Source: Tubiluchus corallicola (taxonomy: Eukaryota; Animalia; Priapulida). Taken from it: a stretch of DNA of 64,000 nucleotides. A program made the position numbers and the translations under genes. Under the pieces are notes generated by a model. That model made no database searches and had not been told where the DNA came from. It saw only the letters and a program-made list of their open reading frames with translations. Each line of letters begins with the position of its first letter. Position 1 is the stretch's first letter. Shown in pieces: positions 14,227 through 28,555 of this stretch. The DNA is taken from assembly GCA_030141605.1 (NCBI GenBank), contig JAQGDQ010000625.1, positions 1 to 64,000 on the forward strand. The letters run 5' to 3'.

Positions 14227-15470
14227 ACTGTTTTCACTGTGAAAGTGTGCCTGGTGTAGCAACCCATTTGTCTCCTTAACCCTTGGAAGTCTCCCTGATT
14301 CCTGGGTCACGTTAATCCTAGGGATCTCGATCTCTGCAGTCTCTGTTCTTTCTTTATGCGCATGGAATCTCTACTTCATCATTAAATGCCATCTAATTTC
14401 GATGACTGTTTTCACTGTGAAAGTGTGCCTGGTGTAGCAACCCGTTTGTCTCCTTAACCCTTGGAAGTCTCCCTGATTCCTGGGTCACGTTAATCCTAGG
14501 GATCTCGATCTCTGCAGTCTCTGTTCTTTCTTTATGCGCATGGAATCTCTACTTCATCATTAAATGCCATCTAATTTCGATGACTGTTTTCACTGTGAAA
14601 GTGTGCCTGGTGTAGCAACCCATTTGTCTCCTTAACCCTTGGAAGTCTCCCTGATTCCTGGGTCACGTTAATCCTAGGGATCTCGCTCCCTGCAGTCTCT
14701 GTTCTTCCTGTATGCGCATGGAATCTACTTCATCATTAAATGCCATCTAATTTCGATGATTGTTTTCACTGTGAAAGTGTGCCTGGTGTAGCAATCCATT
14801 TTTCTCCTCAACCCTTGAAGTCTCTCCCTGATTCCTGGGTCACGTTAATCCTAGGGATCTCGCTCCCTGCAGTCTCTGTTCTTTCTTTATGCGCATGGAA
14901 TCTCTACTTCATCATTAAATGCCATTTAATTTCGATGACTGTTTTCACTGTGAAAGTGTGCCTGGTGTAGCAACCCGTTTGTCTCCTTAACCCTTGGAAG
15001 TCTCCCTGATTCCTGGGTCACGTTAATCCTAGGGATCTCGCTCCCTGCAGTCTCTGTTCTTCCTGTATGCGCATGGAATCTACTTCATCATTAAATGCCA
15101 TCTAATTTCGATGACTGTTTTCACTGTGAAAGTGTGCCTGGTGTAGCAACCCATTTTTCTCCTCAACCCTTGAAGTCTCTCCCTGATTCCCGGGTCACGT
15201 TAATCCTAGGGATCTCGCTCCCTGCAGTCTCTGTTCTTTCTTTATGCGCATGGAATCTCTACTTCATCATTAAATGCCATTTAATTTCGATGATTGTTTT
15301 CACTGTGAAAGTGTGCCTGGTGTAGCAATCCATTTGTCTCCTTAACCCTTGGAAGTCTCCCTGATTCCTGGGTCACGTTAATCCTAGGGATCTCGCTCCC
15401 TGCAGTCTCTGTTCTTTCTTTATGCGCATGGAATCTACTTCATCATTAAATGCCATCTAATTTCGATGAT
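14227..15470. repeat. ~178-bp tandem repeat, 7 copies
   Basis: unit starts actgttttcactgtgaaagtgtgcctgg at ~14227, 14405, 14583, 14759, 14937, 15114, 15293. Confidence 0.96.
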
Positions 15471-16780
15471 TCTTATATTTGCCCGAAATCCGCGTGCAAT
15501 ATCGTTAACCCAATAAAAAAGCATAGTTAAGAAAAATTTCGTTTTCTCCAGGACGCGAACCTGTATCTGGGATTTTGATTTGGTTATGATGGTCGTGTTA
15601 GCCACGTTTCTTCATTCAATGAACAGTATTTACTGCAAAGAACAGTATATTGAGAATTATATTATTTAGTATTATTGTCCAATTCAGTAGATTTGTTCTT
15701 AATCAATAAGCCTAGAAATAATGAAGTTGCACTCAAATCAAAATGTATTTAACTCCTGTTGTTGATTAATTGCATTATTAACCCAAAGTTTTTTTATCAT
15801 TTCATAACAATTTTCACCTGTATTTCACATAAAATCTAAATGCAATTTTTAGTTTAATCAAGATTGACCTTATTTTGTTGCCCGCTAATTAAACTACATG
15901 TATATTCTTTTCTCTGGATTATATAGAAAATGTCATAATTTTAAAAATTACTAATGTTTCCTAAATTAAACTGATAACATTAATGCCCACCAGTGTCTAA
16001 AAAAATCTTTTTATCTATATTCGGTAAAGGATAGCAGACTAGGTGACTTTATAGTCTTTTCGCTATCCTTTCTCTAGTTCTGGATCTATCTATACATTTT
16101 AACCGTTCTTCAAAACTTATTAGCGATTCTTTTATTAATCATGTTTTATTGTAAGACTATAAAGAGATAAATAAATTGAAATTGAATTGAATACTAAGTA
16201 GTACTTTAGCATAGTATAATACTAAGTACTTTATCAAAGAGTGCTTGTGACTTCAAGCCGTAAGCGTAATAAGTCTCTAATAACTGCTGCAGTTTGAAAT
16301 GAACAGCCTTCTCCTGTCTCAACACTTGCCTCTTGGCCATTTTAGGTTTTTCTGGAAAGCATCTTGAACATGCGCACGCAGCTTAGCCGCTGGACGACAT
16401 GAGTCACAGACTTTAAAAAAGTCAGACAGAGCGTATTGATTTTTCACAAACAAACACTCGCAGGCTAAGCTCATTGCTAGACAAGCGAACAGCAGTTGTC
16501 AACTCGATTTAACAAATTGAAAAGCGTCTCAAATCACTCAGTATGGCTGGGCGAGCAGGCGGCGGTGGATGGAAGAAAATAAATGCGTTTTGCCAGACTA
16601 GGGAATCGTGCTTGGAAACTGAACTCAGTTCGTTGCTTCCAGATCAGTGGAAAAGTACTTGAGATGAGACCATTCTCTTTTAAATTAGTTGCCAAAAAGA
16701 GAGGGTTCTTATATTAGAATTTAAAATTAATTTAATGTATTTGAAGGTTTGAAATCAAGGGTTGCTTGATTTTTAAATCC

Positions 16781-16989
<209 letters not shown>

Positions 16990-18312
16990 AAATCTTTATT
17001 TGCCATTTTAAAACATTGACCATCATAATAGAAGACAGACAATCAGTGTTAGTTCATATAAAAACATACACTGTTCTGGGCAAATGCGTCTGGGCAAATG
17101 TGTCCTAAAACTGTTACATTAATAACTACAGCCTTAGCAAGTTTATGCACACAAGTTATGATTAGCTTGCCAGATTAGAAAATTAGAAATACCGGACACT
17201 CTTAAAATATCTATCTATCTATTTATATACATACATACATACATCTGGCAACGTCTGGGGACGTCTGGCAACCAGAACACAAGTTTATAATAATCAGTAG
17301 TAGTAACTATGTTGGTAAGTAAATAAGTTTTATGTTTTGTTAGCATATCTTTTAGTTCTTAGTGTAAATTTAGCTTTTATGTACAATTTTTATGTGCTAA
17401 AATAAACTTTTTATAAAAAAATGAATAAAATTATTATCGTAGCACTACAAATGACAATGACTAAATCTTTCAATTCTAATTAATTTATTGTAATGTATTA
17501 ATAATTTCTCGGTAAAATGTCGGCACATGTATTTGTTATGCAAACAAACAATTCTTTTTCATCTTCTGATTTGTATGTACATAGAACTTTTATTTTATTT
17601 TCTTCGTTGCGGAAAATTTTAAACTTGCAATGGGAATTTTGCCGAACTCAATAAGTTCTTTATAACGTTAGCTAAAAAAACTTGAGTTGTTCCTTCAGAA
17701 CTTCATAACGTATGCTATACATGTTCTTTCTTGTATGTAATACTATTAACTGACACTATTTACCACACTGTGTATTTTAAATTGGTTGTGAAATTGAGTT
17801 CCTGGTCTGAATTCTAATTGCTTAGTTAACCTGTTTCTAGCCATTCATGATAATTTAGTTGTAGCAGACATGGGAGTCTCTGTCAGCTGTGTTCATTGTT
17901 CATTGTTCACCGTTCACGTTAGACGACGTGTTGTGTTGTACATGCTGAGGTTCATCTATGATGTTGATTTTCAATTGACTCTGTAGGCGTGTACAAAATC
18001 GTACTATGTATATTTGATGAGGTATTATGCTAAGGTATGTTCGTACACTGACCTCCGCAGTTCAAGGTCATCTTCTGAAGTAAAATTTTTTCTCTTTATT
18101 CATGTTGACATGTTTACTAAGCCAAACGCCAAAGGAGAATATGGAAACACAATAATGTACTGCTGAGTAAAACACAAACTAAAAACACAATTTTCATATT
18201 TACCAAAAATCAACATATCACAGTGTCTATACAGGATATATATATATATATGAAAAAAATAATAAACAAGATAAGCATTAAAAAATTTTTATTCTCTGAA
18301 AATATACATATA

Positions 18313-18748
18313 CAGTCATACCTCCGTTGTCGAACGTCTCCGTACTCGTACAAATCGGTTTTCGACCAGAAAATTCGAGCTGAAATTGTCTCCGCTCTCG
18401 ACCAGAATTTCGGTACTCGACCAACCGCCAAACACGTGACAAACACATGCGCGGCGAGCCGAGTAGAGCCGAACGTAACCGACCGCACCCGAGAGTAGTC
18501 ACGCACAAGATTTGAATCGCCTAACATCGCTGAGTGCTTTCTACGCTTATTTTTCTCCGTTTTTTCATACAGGAACAATTATGTTTTTCTTTCTAAGTAA
18601 TTCTATTTTGTTTTTCTTATCAATTATATCATATCTACTGTTTGAATAAACATTTTTGCATTATTATATTTCCTTTTTATTAATACTTTACAGTTCATTT
18701 GGTGCTTGAGAACGGATTATTTGCTTTTACGTTATTTCTTATGGGAAT
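18313..18748. mobile_element. truncated pogo/Tigger-like element
   Basis: TA|CAGTCATACCTC start and internal gaacggatta...ttatggga segment resembling Tigger-type MITEs; second TIR not found. Confidence 0.4.
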
Positions 18749-19059
18749 AAATGAATAAAATAAATAAACAAATGTATATGTATATGTATATACAGTGTGT
18801 ATTTTTAATTTTTTTAATGACTGCCTAATTAGTAACTTGGTTGGCAAATGTGATCCCCTCTCAAATGCCGCAATTTATGTCATTCTTTTCCGGCTAAGTT
18901 TTCCAGGAAAATGACCTAGGACTCTAGGCTAACATTGAGACCTGGTCTTGCTCTGAAACTGTAAGAACATGGTGTTGTAAGCTATATTAATGATCGCCAG
19001 ATTTTTACTTTTTCATTTGGAGTTATTTTTCATGTATTTGGTTTGTCTTGCTATTCCAG

Positions 19060-19229
19060 GGTTGTATAAACCACCGGTTGCTCATCGTGACTTCAATAGT
19101 CGCAATATTCTAGTCCTACCAGATGGTTCCTGTGTCATCTGTGATCTAGGCTTTGCTGTTCAAACTTCCAGTTCCAAGATTATACGTAACGGATCTTTAG
19201 AAAATGCTGAAACTGTCTCTCTTGCCGAC
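19060..19229 (+). CDS. BMPR2: BMP type II receptor exon (catalytic loop)
   Basis: ttccag acceptor; YKPPVAHRDFNSRNILV...VICDLGFA; donor GAC|gtaagt. Confidence 0.96.
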
Positions 19230-20505
19230 GTAAGTTGTGGCGAAAGCTTCGTCACTTGTTATTATCGTTATTGTATGACAATTCATGTTATAACTTGCAA
19301 AACGTGCGTTTCAAACATTTCTTACAATACATTTTAATGTAAGTTTAAATAACTTTTTGAAGGTAGAAAAAAATGCTTTGTATTGCGTTTCAGGTGGTTA
19401 TTGACTTACGACCTATGCAACTTACGACTAAGTTACGGCTGCTTAACTTTACGACCCCCTATACGAAACTAATCATAACTCCTATTTCCTTCTATTTTTT
19501 AAGCAAATTAATTTTAAATCGCTATTCGTTTCGATAAGTTCATCCGTTGGCGCCGCCATACTTTATGCATGTACACGTGACAACGTCTTATGCGTAGATG
19601 TGCAAGCCGTGTACGGGTCCTCAACGTGCATGGGACTTCAACGTGTACGGGTCCATGCATCCGAGTCATCTTACAAGCAATCCGCCGAAACCGATTGTGG
19701 GGCATAAGTTGACGGCTAACTGTACTACTTTTTTCAACAGGCAACCACCATGTCTTGTCGTTCTGAAAATTAAACTGCTGAGCAATTTACCTTTTATTTT
19801 CACTGAAACATTTGGCACAGTTCCAAATTTATTTTGTTTTTTATACACTGAAATTACCCTGGATTTGTCTTAATTGAAATATTTCTTGATGTGTAGCAAT
19901 ATATATATATCTTGTTGTTGGCATCCTTCTGTCTCAGAAGACAATGAAATGTGCGCCAAGAGAGTCCGATCCTTGAACGTCTCCAGGGCGCATGCGTGGG
20001 CAAGGTGTATGGAGATCCTGAGTTGCCCAGACAACAGGAACCCCCTCTCTTCCTCCCTGGTGTAGTCCAAAGGAAAGCGGAGTGATATGTTTGCCACCAA
20101 GTTGGCTGTAGGAGCTGCCGGAGTCAGTGAGCATGCTGCACTGGTCTGCCTTCGGGGCTCCACTCCTGATTTGGAAGGTTTACTCCTCTACACATGACCA
20201 TTGGGTCGCTTGACCTCCTCCGCCCTCTAGCCATTGGCTGCTTGTGCAGCTCCTCCGCCTAGTGTTGAGATATAGTGTGGGCATCCCGCACTGTATATAT
20301 ATATATATATATGTGTATATTAATAATATTGTAAATTAGTCTATTAAATATTACTTTATAATATAATATACTATTCTAAAGTAGCCCCTATAAATAGTAA
20401 CCTTTATGAGAATAAAAATAACTTTACTTACTTACAGCACTGGTAAAAATCAAACTTTTACTGTAGCAGCAGAATCCACTTAACTCTTTGTTTTATTAAT
20501 TACAG

Positions 20506-20653
20506 GTGGGAACAGTTCGTTACATGGCGCCCGAAATTCTAGAAGGTGCCGTAAATCTATGTGACTGTGAAGCTTCGCTTAAACAAATAGACATTTATGC
20601 CTTAGGTTTGGTGCTGTGGGAAACGGCTATGAGATGTGCAGATTTCTTTCAAG
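20506..20653 (+). CDS. BMPR2: BMP type II receptor exon (activation segment)
   Basis: tacag acceptor; [39 protein letters not shown], highly BMPR2-like; donor G|gtatgc. Confidence 0.97.
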
Positions 20654-20730
20654 GTATGCTAACATGGCAAAGATATTTGAGTTTTTTTATACGGCAGGGA
20701 ACTTAGCAAGCCAGTATCTTGTGTATAGGT

Positions 20731-21213
20731 CAGGGGTGTGCAAATTATCTGATTAGCCTGGCCACATTAAACTTTCACGCAATTCCTGCGGGGCCACAGG
20801 CAATTTGATCAAGGAGCCAAGTACAGAAAGGCCTAATAACGATTTTTTTGCATCCGACCTGCGTACATCATCACTACTACACTCAAGAAACTATTTTAGA
20901 AGTTATTAAAATTTATATTACAAACCATATGTTTCTACTTTCAGGACAGATAGTGGTAATTTCATTACAATGCATATTAGTAATGTGTATCACACAGTCT
21001 GTGTAGTACAGTGACATTAAGCTACAACCGTCTTGTAAGGGTTAGTGGCATCCGATCTAGTAGAAAAAACTACCCGCACTATCTTTGGAATCGTGGCACG
21101 GACTTCAGCTGGATACACTCAATTAATCGCCTGGGCCGCACTTTCATTAGCTTGACATACCTTTTCGTGGGACGCACAAATTCTCTCGGCGGGACGCAAT
21201 TTGCACACCCCTG
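20731..21213. mobile_element. hAT MITE family A, copy 2 (inverted relative to copy 1)
   Basis: TIR CAGGGGTGTGCAAATT both ends; imperfect TSD gtaTAggt / gtaTAgtg. Confidence 0.9.
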
Positions 21214-22173
21214 GTATAGTGGTAGAGCATACTTAATGTAAACAGTTGTAATGTTACTGAAATCTAATTAATCGTGAATGGTAATCTATTTAGGTGAGAT
21301 ATTGAGTAGGCACTGTCTTAAATACCATTTTTGCATATATATATATTGTGTCCTACCCAAGTCAGGTTAAAGGCTAGGGCTAGTGAGGCAGGTTATTCGA
21401 TGAAACTGTTGAAAGGCAACATTTCAAACTGTGAAATCTTTTCTAATTATACAGAATAAATCAATTTGATTAACTGCGCTGCTGTCCCTGTCGGAATCCA
21501 TTGTGTTGCTGGCTATGTCAATTTTTACATTTCTATAGTCCATGTCACTTCATACAGATACCATCACATCTTTCTCCTTCTTTCTATTCTCTATTAACAT
21601 TTCTTTCTACTCCTTTACTGCTCTTTTCTACTACACTCAGTCCACATTCATTTGGGGTGCTCTAAACAAGTAATTACTTCTTGAGTACCCCACGGGTCAT
21701 TTGCGGCTTGGCATCTTGTGCACATAATAATAAATATGTTATTAAATACTTTTATGTACAATGCTGTAATGATCGTTGTGGATATATTTAATAAATAAAT
21801 AAATCATACATAAACTTTTGTACACAGTTATACATAACTGATTAATAATGCCTTAGGCTGTAATGCAAAAGAAATACTTGTTACTTAATATGATGCACGG
21901 CTATTAAGCGTTAATAATGAGTTAAATAAACATTGATGTCAAATTAGGAATACTACATGCTATCAATTGATGAAAAGTGGCGTGTAGGTTTTATATCTAC
22001 TTGGATAGTTTATAAATAGACTTATATAGACTTGGATAGTTTAAAACAATGTAACATTTTGGTCGTGGTTTAGTTGAGAGGATCCAAAATGAGGTGTCAA
22101 TATTTTCAGTTGATTATTCAAATTATTTATATTGAATAGGAAAACATTTTCTTGATATATTTGAGTTAGTTTT

Positions 22174-22742
22174 TCCTCATTGTTAACATTGTTACCCATT
22201 ATCCTCATTGTTAACATTGTTACCCATTATCATCATTGTTAACATTGTTACCTTACCCATTATCCTCATTGTTAACATTGTTACCCATTATCATCATTGT
22301 TAACATTGTTACCTTACCCATTATCCTCATTGTTAACATTGTTACCTTACCCATTATCATCATTGTTAACATTGTTACCCATTATCATCATTGTTAACAT
22401 TGTTACCCATTATCATCATTGTTAACATTGTTACCCATTATCATCATTGTTAACATTGTTACCTTACCCATTATCCTCATTGTTAACATTGTTACCCATT
22501 ATCATCATTGTTAACATTGTTACCTATTATCCTCATTGTTAACATTGTTACCCATTATCCTCATTGTTAACATTGTTACCTTACCCATTATCCTCATTGT
22601 TAACATTGTTACCTTACCCATTATCCTCATTGTTAACATTGTTACCTTACCCATTATCATCATTGTTAACATTGTTACCCATTATCATCATTGTTAACAT
22701 TGTTACCCATTATCATCATTGTTAACATTGTTACCCATTATA
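22174..22742. repeat. 28/33-bp minisatellite, ~19 copies
   Basis: unit cattgttaacattgttacc(ttacc)cattatc(c/a)t. Confidence 0.95.
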
Positions 22743-22937
22743 ACAGGTAAGTTCTTTGAGGGTTAGCTCTAGCTTTCATAAAATGTGTATGGAAAATTGT
22801 TAATGCTTTTGTCAAGGGTTCTTTTTCACATGGTTCTTCTTATTTGACAGGGTTCTTCTTATTGCACATTTGGAATCATCCCTGCTACAATAATTTATTT
22901 ATGCACACGGCATTGTATAACTTCAATCTGGTAGCTT

Positions 22938-23373
22938 CTTCTGCTTCCCTGCTTTTCCCTATGCGGGGTCGCCGTTGTGAATGAGTCTTCTCCACACATT
23001 CCTGTTGTTGACCATCTCTTCATTTATGTCTTCAATTCCCACATGATCTTCACCGACTCTTCTTTTCAGGTGTCCATACCATCGCAATCTTGCTACTTTT
23101 ACTGTTCCTCTGATATTATTATTTCTAATTTTATCTCTTCTTGTTATTCCCACCATCCATCTCAACATCCTCATCTCCTCCACACCCATTTACTTCCCTT
23201 CGGTCTTCTTTAGAGAAGCTGCTTCCAGATTAGAGCGGGTCTGACCACTTCTGTGTGGACTTTACCTTTAAGTCTCACCGACTCATTCATAGAAGGTTTT
23301 GTTGCAGTTTTTACAGGCGAATGCCCTTCCTGACCTTTGGCTTGCCCCCCCCCCCCCCCCCAGTGGCTAGGTT
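22938..23373 (-). mobile_element. short internally deleted RTE retroelement, copy 1 (ribozyme core deleted)
   Basis: 17-bp TSD cttcaatctggtagctt (22921-22937, 23374-23390); encodes RTE ORF2 C-terminal MRMLRWMVGITRRDKIRN..RLRWYGH; homologous to 57345-57845. Confidence 0.88.
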
Positions 23374-23879
23374 CTTCAATCTGGTAGCTTATTGCAGGTT
23401 AATGTTCTTCCCTAATCCATTTTCCTAATGTAGACTTCTGGGAAATTAGGCTTTTTTCAACATTCGCGAAAAATGTCAGAGGGTTTTACTTATAATGTTA
23501 GAGGGATTTACTTATAAAATTACGATAAGCTCCTCGTGTAATTCGTAAAATCACTTTGAAGTCGCGATTTTGAACACCCATTTTTCTACCAATGACGTCA
23601 TTCGTCGACTGAAGAAAGCAGCGCACTGTCAATTTCTGTGAAAAGTATAATAAGTTTTTACGAACTGTATAAGCTGCAGAAGTTTGAATTAGTTTAAGCA
23701 GTACGTGCTTCTGGAAAGTCACACTGTGGTTACGAGAAGTCACAAAGATTAGCAGTATGTTACTTCATGTGATTCAAGTGAATGGCAGCTATCACGACTC
23801 CTAAAATTTCTATACAGCAGCAGTATGAATTAACTTTATGCGTTATAAACAGTTTTTTGCAAATTTCTTTGTTATATTT

Positions 23880-24620
23880 TTCTAAGTTTGTTAATAGAGA
23901 AACATTGATGAAAATCTATTACAGTTTAGTCTACCCATATCTAATATATGGCATCATGTCTTGGGGTGGTGTATATAAAAGTAATCTGGAAGCTTTACAA
24001 ATTACCCAGAACAAAATTCTCAAACTAATATATCATGTAAAGTATGACCAGCCCACAATTATAATTTACTTGTCTGTTAAAACTCTTAAAGTGAAAGAAA
24101 TATATGACATGTATTGTCTTCATTTCATGTATCAGTATCATAATTCACTACTTCCACAAGCTTTTCAGTCATACTTTAGTCCAGTTTCAAATCAACATGA
24201 TCATTACGCAAGATATTCAGTCGGAAACTATGTACTCCCTCTTCCAAAAACAAATATAATGAAACAGTCGTCAAAATATAATGCTATTAAAATATGGTCA
24301 TCAATTCCGCATGAAATGAAAACTCTTAATCTTTATCAATTTAAAAAAGCATCAAAGAATTACCTACTACAACGGTATAATTAACTCACAATTTTACTCA
24401 TCCTGATCTTAAGTTACTAACAAAACTTATTTTGTTCTAATGTACGTTATAACTGATGAAAATGTAATGTTAATTGTCAATTGTTTCACTTATCTGGAGG
24501 AGGACTCGAAAGCTAAATGCTCCTTTCTTCTCCTCACAGTAACTCGTTTAATTTATTTTTTTCAATGTTATATCAATTTATATGTATGTTTGAGTTGCTG
24601 TGGAATAAATTCATAATTCA
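23880..24620 (+). mobile_element. 5'-truncated L2/Crack-like LINE fragment
   Basis: IYYSLVYPYLIYGIMSWG...QNKILK...KIWSSIP...FKKASKNYLL ORF2 C-terminus; 3' hairpin ~24496-24535; AATAAA. Confidence 0.8.
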
Positions 24621-25246
24621 GTTTAAGTGATAGCAGTAAAATAAACCCGGCATGCTAAATGACTTGTCTTCTCCTTTAATGCAGTATATCAGCCTGCCCT
24701 AGTACATTATAAATGTAATTTTACTACCTTGTGAAATGCTGCACTTGAAGTGTCGATGATTGATGACAATTGCAAATCAATAATTCATGAAAAGTATTGT
24801 TGCATTTTCTTTCAAAGGTTATCACACCGGCTCTTGCTGTTAAATAGTGCATGAAGTAGACACCACAATCAGGAATTATATTTGTAAGCGTGCAATGGCT
24901 CTCGGTCTGATAAATTTTGAAGGTGTTAGAAGGTGTTTATTGAGCAATTGATCTGTTGCTTAGCCCTGTAAAGGAGGCCTAATTGCAAGAAGGCTGGATT
25001 AGTCTTTAGGCTAGTATAGGCCACAGCCTAGGGCTTTCAGACTTTGGTAACATTTTAGGTAAAAGTCTGTTTTTTTTCACTACGGTTGCTTTGAAATATA
25101 TGCTAATTTGGTTTGCAAAAATTAGTGGTATATTTTTATACAATATTCTCCAAGAATATTTTTATCGACAAACAGTTGGTAGTTATTCTAGTTTATTTAA
25201 AGAATTTGCTATAAGTTTACTGCAAGCTATGTAAATGCCACTAAAA

Positions 25247-25724
25247 GAGGGGTGTGCAAATGATCTGACTAGCCGGGCCACATTAAACTTTCACGCAATT
25301 CCTGTAGGCCATAGGCAGTTTGATCAAGGAGCCAAGTACAGAAAGGGCTAATAACGATTTTTTTGCATCCGACCTGCGTACATCATTACTACTACACTCA
25401 AGAAACTATTTTAGAAGTTATTAAAATTTATATTACAAACCATATATTTCTACTTTCAGGACAGATAGTGGTAATTTCATTACAATGCATATTAGTAATG
25501 TGTATCACACAGTCTGTGTAGTACAGTGACATTAAGCTACAACCGTCTTGTAAGGGTTAATGGCATCCGATCTAGTAGAAAAAACTACCCGCACTATCTT
25601 TGGGATCGTGGCACGGACTTCAGCTGGATACACTCAATTAATCGCCTGGGCCGCACTTTCATTAGGTTGACAAATTCTCTCGGCGGGCCGCTGCACACGA
25701 TGGGCCGCAATTTGCACACCCCTG
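25247..25724. mobile_element. hAT MITE family A, copy 3
   Basis: internal homology to other copies; TIRs slightly degenerate; TSD not conserved. Confidence 0.88.
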
Positions 25725-27661
25725 TTCTAAGAGATATCACGAGTAAAAAATATTCAAGCTGGTGCGGGCAAGTTAGAGGGTGGCTCCTTCTAAGGGGTCT
25801 TCATAATTTTGTTAGCTTAGGGACCCCAAAAAGGTCATAATCCGGTCATGGCCTCTCATTATTTTCTTTGCTTGTCAAACTTGCAGGAACACACTGCTTT
25901 TTTGGAGCATTAATCGTGTCATAATGAACTCGTGTTGTATTTTCCCAGGTTTTCCCACTTAGCACTTATTGAAGCAAAATATCAGCTTTCTTTATAACAC
26001 AGAACAGGTTGTTTTCAAAGCGTGTACACTAGCAGTTCAGACCTCTGCAATTAAGACTAATCTGGCTGCTGCAAATATCACTGATTTCAACAGCGTGAAA
26101 TTACACATCACTTTTTTTAATGTCTTACATGACTGCAGAAAAATAAAGACTGGTGTAAAACGATAGAGTAAATTTCAGTAGAGTTTATTTTTGCCTTTTG
26201 CTGAAAAGAGTTCGCAGAACTTGAACAATAGTTTTTTTTATAGTAGCGATCCAAGGGTATAAATCATAAAAACATAAAAGTCTTATTATAACTTTTATGG
26301 TTTTCACAGAGAATTTAGTTGTTAATTGAAGTAGCATGAAGACATTTTATGTTAGCCGTTTCCATGTTAGTTAATGCTGAGAAAAATTTTATGTTTTGGA
26401 AAATTTGCTCCATTTGTTTCCATTTCCGTTCAACACGGTTTTATTGTCTAACTTGATACCTGCCATGTTACTTGAGTAATTTAAAGATAAAAGTGATTGC
26501 AACACCCTGTGCACAGCTCAGATTAAAGGAAAACAAGGCCAATAAGGGTTTTTACAGGAAAACGAGGCCAGTAAGGGTTATTACAGTTTCGTTGTGTGCA
26601 GTTGTTGTAGGTCAAAAGTTAAGTGTACTACAGCAATGCATCTTATTTACAACTGTCACGTGACATGTGGGTAAAGCAAAGCCCAGCTCAGTAACTTCAG
26701 TTGTCTTCGTGGACTTAATTATGCATTAGTCTGTGCGGGATCTTGCTTGGGAACAAATGAAAATGAACTAGATAAGGTTCTGTAGCTAGCATTTGTCCCT
26801 TTTTTAATTACTATTACAATAGCATGGGCCGCGAGGTGTTGTCACGTGCACACAAATGCGTTATCTGGCACACGTAACCTTTGACCTTTTCACGATCATC
26901 ATCATCAATCGCTGGAACTGTGTAAAGGCTCATTTGAAGCAACAATGCAACCTTTGACCTTTTCACGATCATCATCAATCGCTGGAACTGTGAAAAGGCT
27001 CATTTGAAACATTGATCTTTTCGCAATTAACAGCACAGTGTTAACTGCTTTATGAGTTACTATCAGTGAGTTATTCCAAGCTTTTCAACAGTTGCTGCTT
27101 GATTTACAGTATAGTGTGAGTTACTCTCTACACATTTTGCAGTCAGTAGAGAATTGAGTGTTATCTTGCATTTACCGTCAGAGAGTAACTCACAGCAAGT
27201 CTTGCTCTGTAGTCTAAACACATTTGTCAGTTACTTGGCGAGAAAACTCACTAGTCTGATTGTGAGTTACTTGGCGAGAAAACTCATTAGTCTGAAAGCA
27301 CCTTAAAAGTTGACTTTTGTTATTTTTTCAACATTGCAAGTACACAAACAGTGCCTGCCTTTCGGCTATCTATTGCGCTAAAGATCGACTCTATACTGTA
27401 TGAGAATTATGGGTCTACTCAGATTAGTCATAGCATCAGCGGGGCCTCCAGAAATTGCATGTTGTTTTAGCGATGAACTTGAAATTGTGAACTTTTAATC
27501 TTCTAAAGTTTTGAACTTCACTTGCAATGTTGCAATCGCAGGTCATCTGCTTGATGCACGTGGAAGATTCCTGTCATTTGAAAACCACATCCAACAGGGA
27601 GGGGAGTTATCTCTACTTGCAGTGACATGTCACTGATTCAGATTCTAATTTAATATGTAAA

Positions 27662-28288
27662 CTAGCAAAGGCCTCGCAAAAAATTTTGCGTATAAATACA
27701 CGTATAATCAAAAATACGCGAAAATTTCGTTTCCTAAGCGAAAATTGCCAAAAATGGAACATCCAATTAACTCGTCGGTACTTCTCTCGGTGGACGTGTC
27801 CTAACATATAGCCCACATCATCGTGTAGCACTGCTCTTCCTCTTTCTGATGAGCCGTATATCTCCTTCCGAGAGTCCCACCAGGCGCCGCTAGAACGTTT
27901 TTTTTACAGGCTGTTTGGTCAAAATTTCGAAAAAATCGTGAGTTGGGTCCGGGAAACGCCCGTTACGGGACGCCGTGACCCTCTCGCGAATTCTAAATAT
28001 GCCTATGACACCCACCGCTGAACGGGCTATCTATCCATAGCCAGCAACCACCCATGGCCCATTCCCGTTCTTTAGATCTCAGCGGTATAAGTTTTGCAAA
28101 AAACGGTCGAAAAATGGCCATTTTTGGAGGTTTTTCGCCCCCGCCTCCCCGTTTGTCTCGGTGGGCCCGATTAAAAAAATAAACCCCCAATGGCATGACA
28201 CTAGATTGAGACCTTTCATTTGATGTATAGATCGCCGCAAATGGTGCCCTCGTCGAAGCTGTAGCCTCGAATCTTATATATACCATGA
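27662..28288 (-). mobile_element. non-autonomous Helitron-like element
   Basis: - strand 3' hairpin + CTAG|T; TATA-rich TC.. putative 5' end near 28288; no TIR/TSD; second copy at 8332. Confidence 0.55.
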
Positions 28289-28418
28289 GAATACAAGAAA
28301 CATTAGGACTTATTATAGCTAATGAAACTTATGTATTTTAGACACCATACATAAAAGTGGAATATGGTCTAACAAAAATAGTCATTTTTTTTCAGTTGTT
28401 ACTTTCATCTGTTTTCAG

Positions 28419-28555
28419 GTTTAGAAGTTCCAGAATACCAATTGCCTTTCCAAGCGGAAGTCGGGATACATCCAAACTTTGAGAACATGCAGATTGTCGT
28501 CTGTCGAAACAAGTGGCGCCCTCAGTTCCCGGATATCTGGAAGGACACAAACCAG
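28419..28555 (+). CDS. BMPR2: BMP type II receptor exon (kinase C-lobe)
   Basis: tttcag acceptor; (G)LEVPEYQLPFQAEVGIHPNFENMQIVVCRNKWRPQFPDIWKDTNQ; donor CAG|gtataa. Confidence 0.95.
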
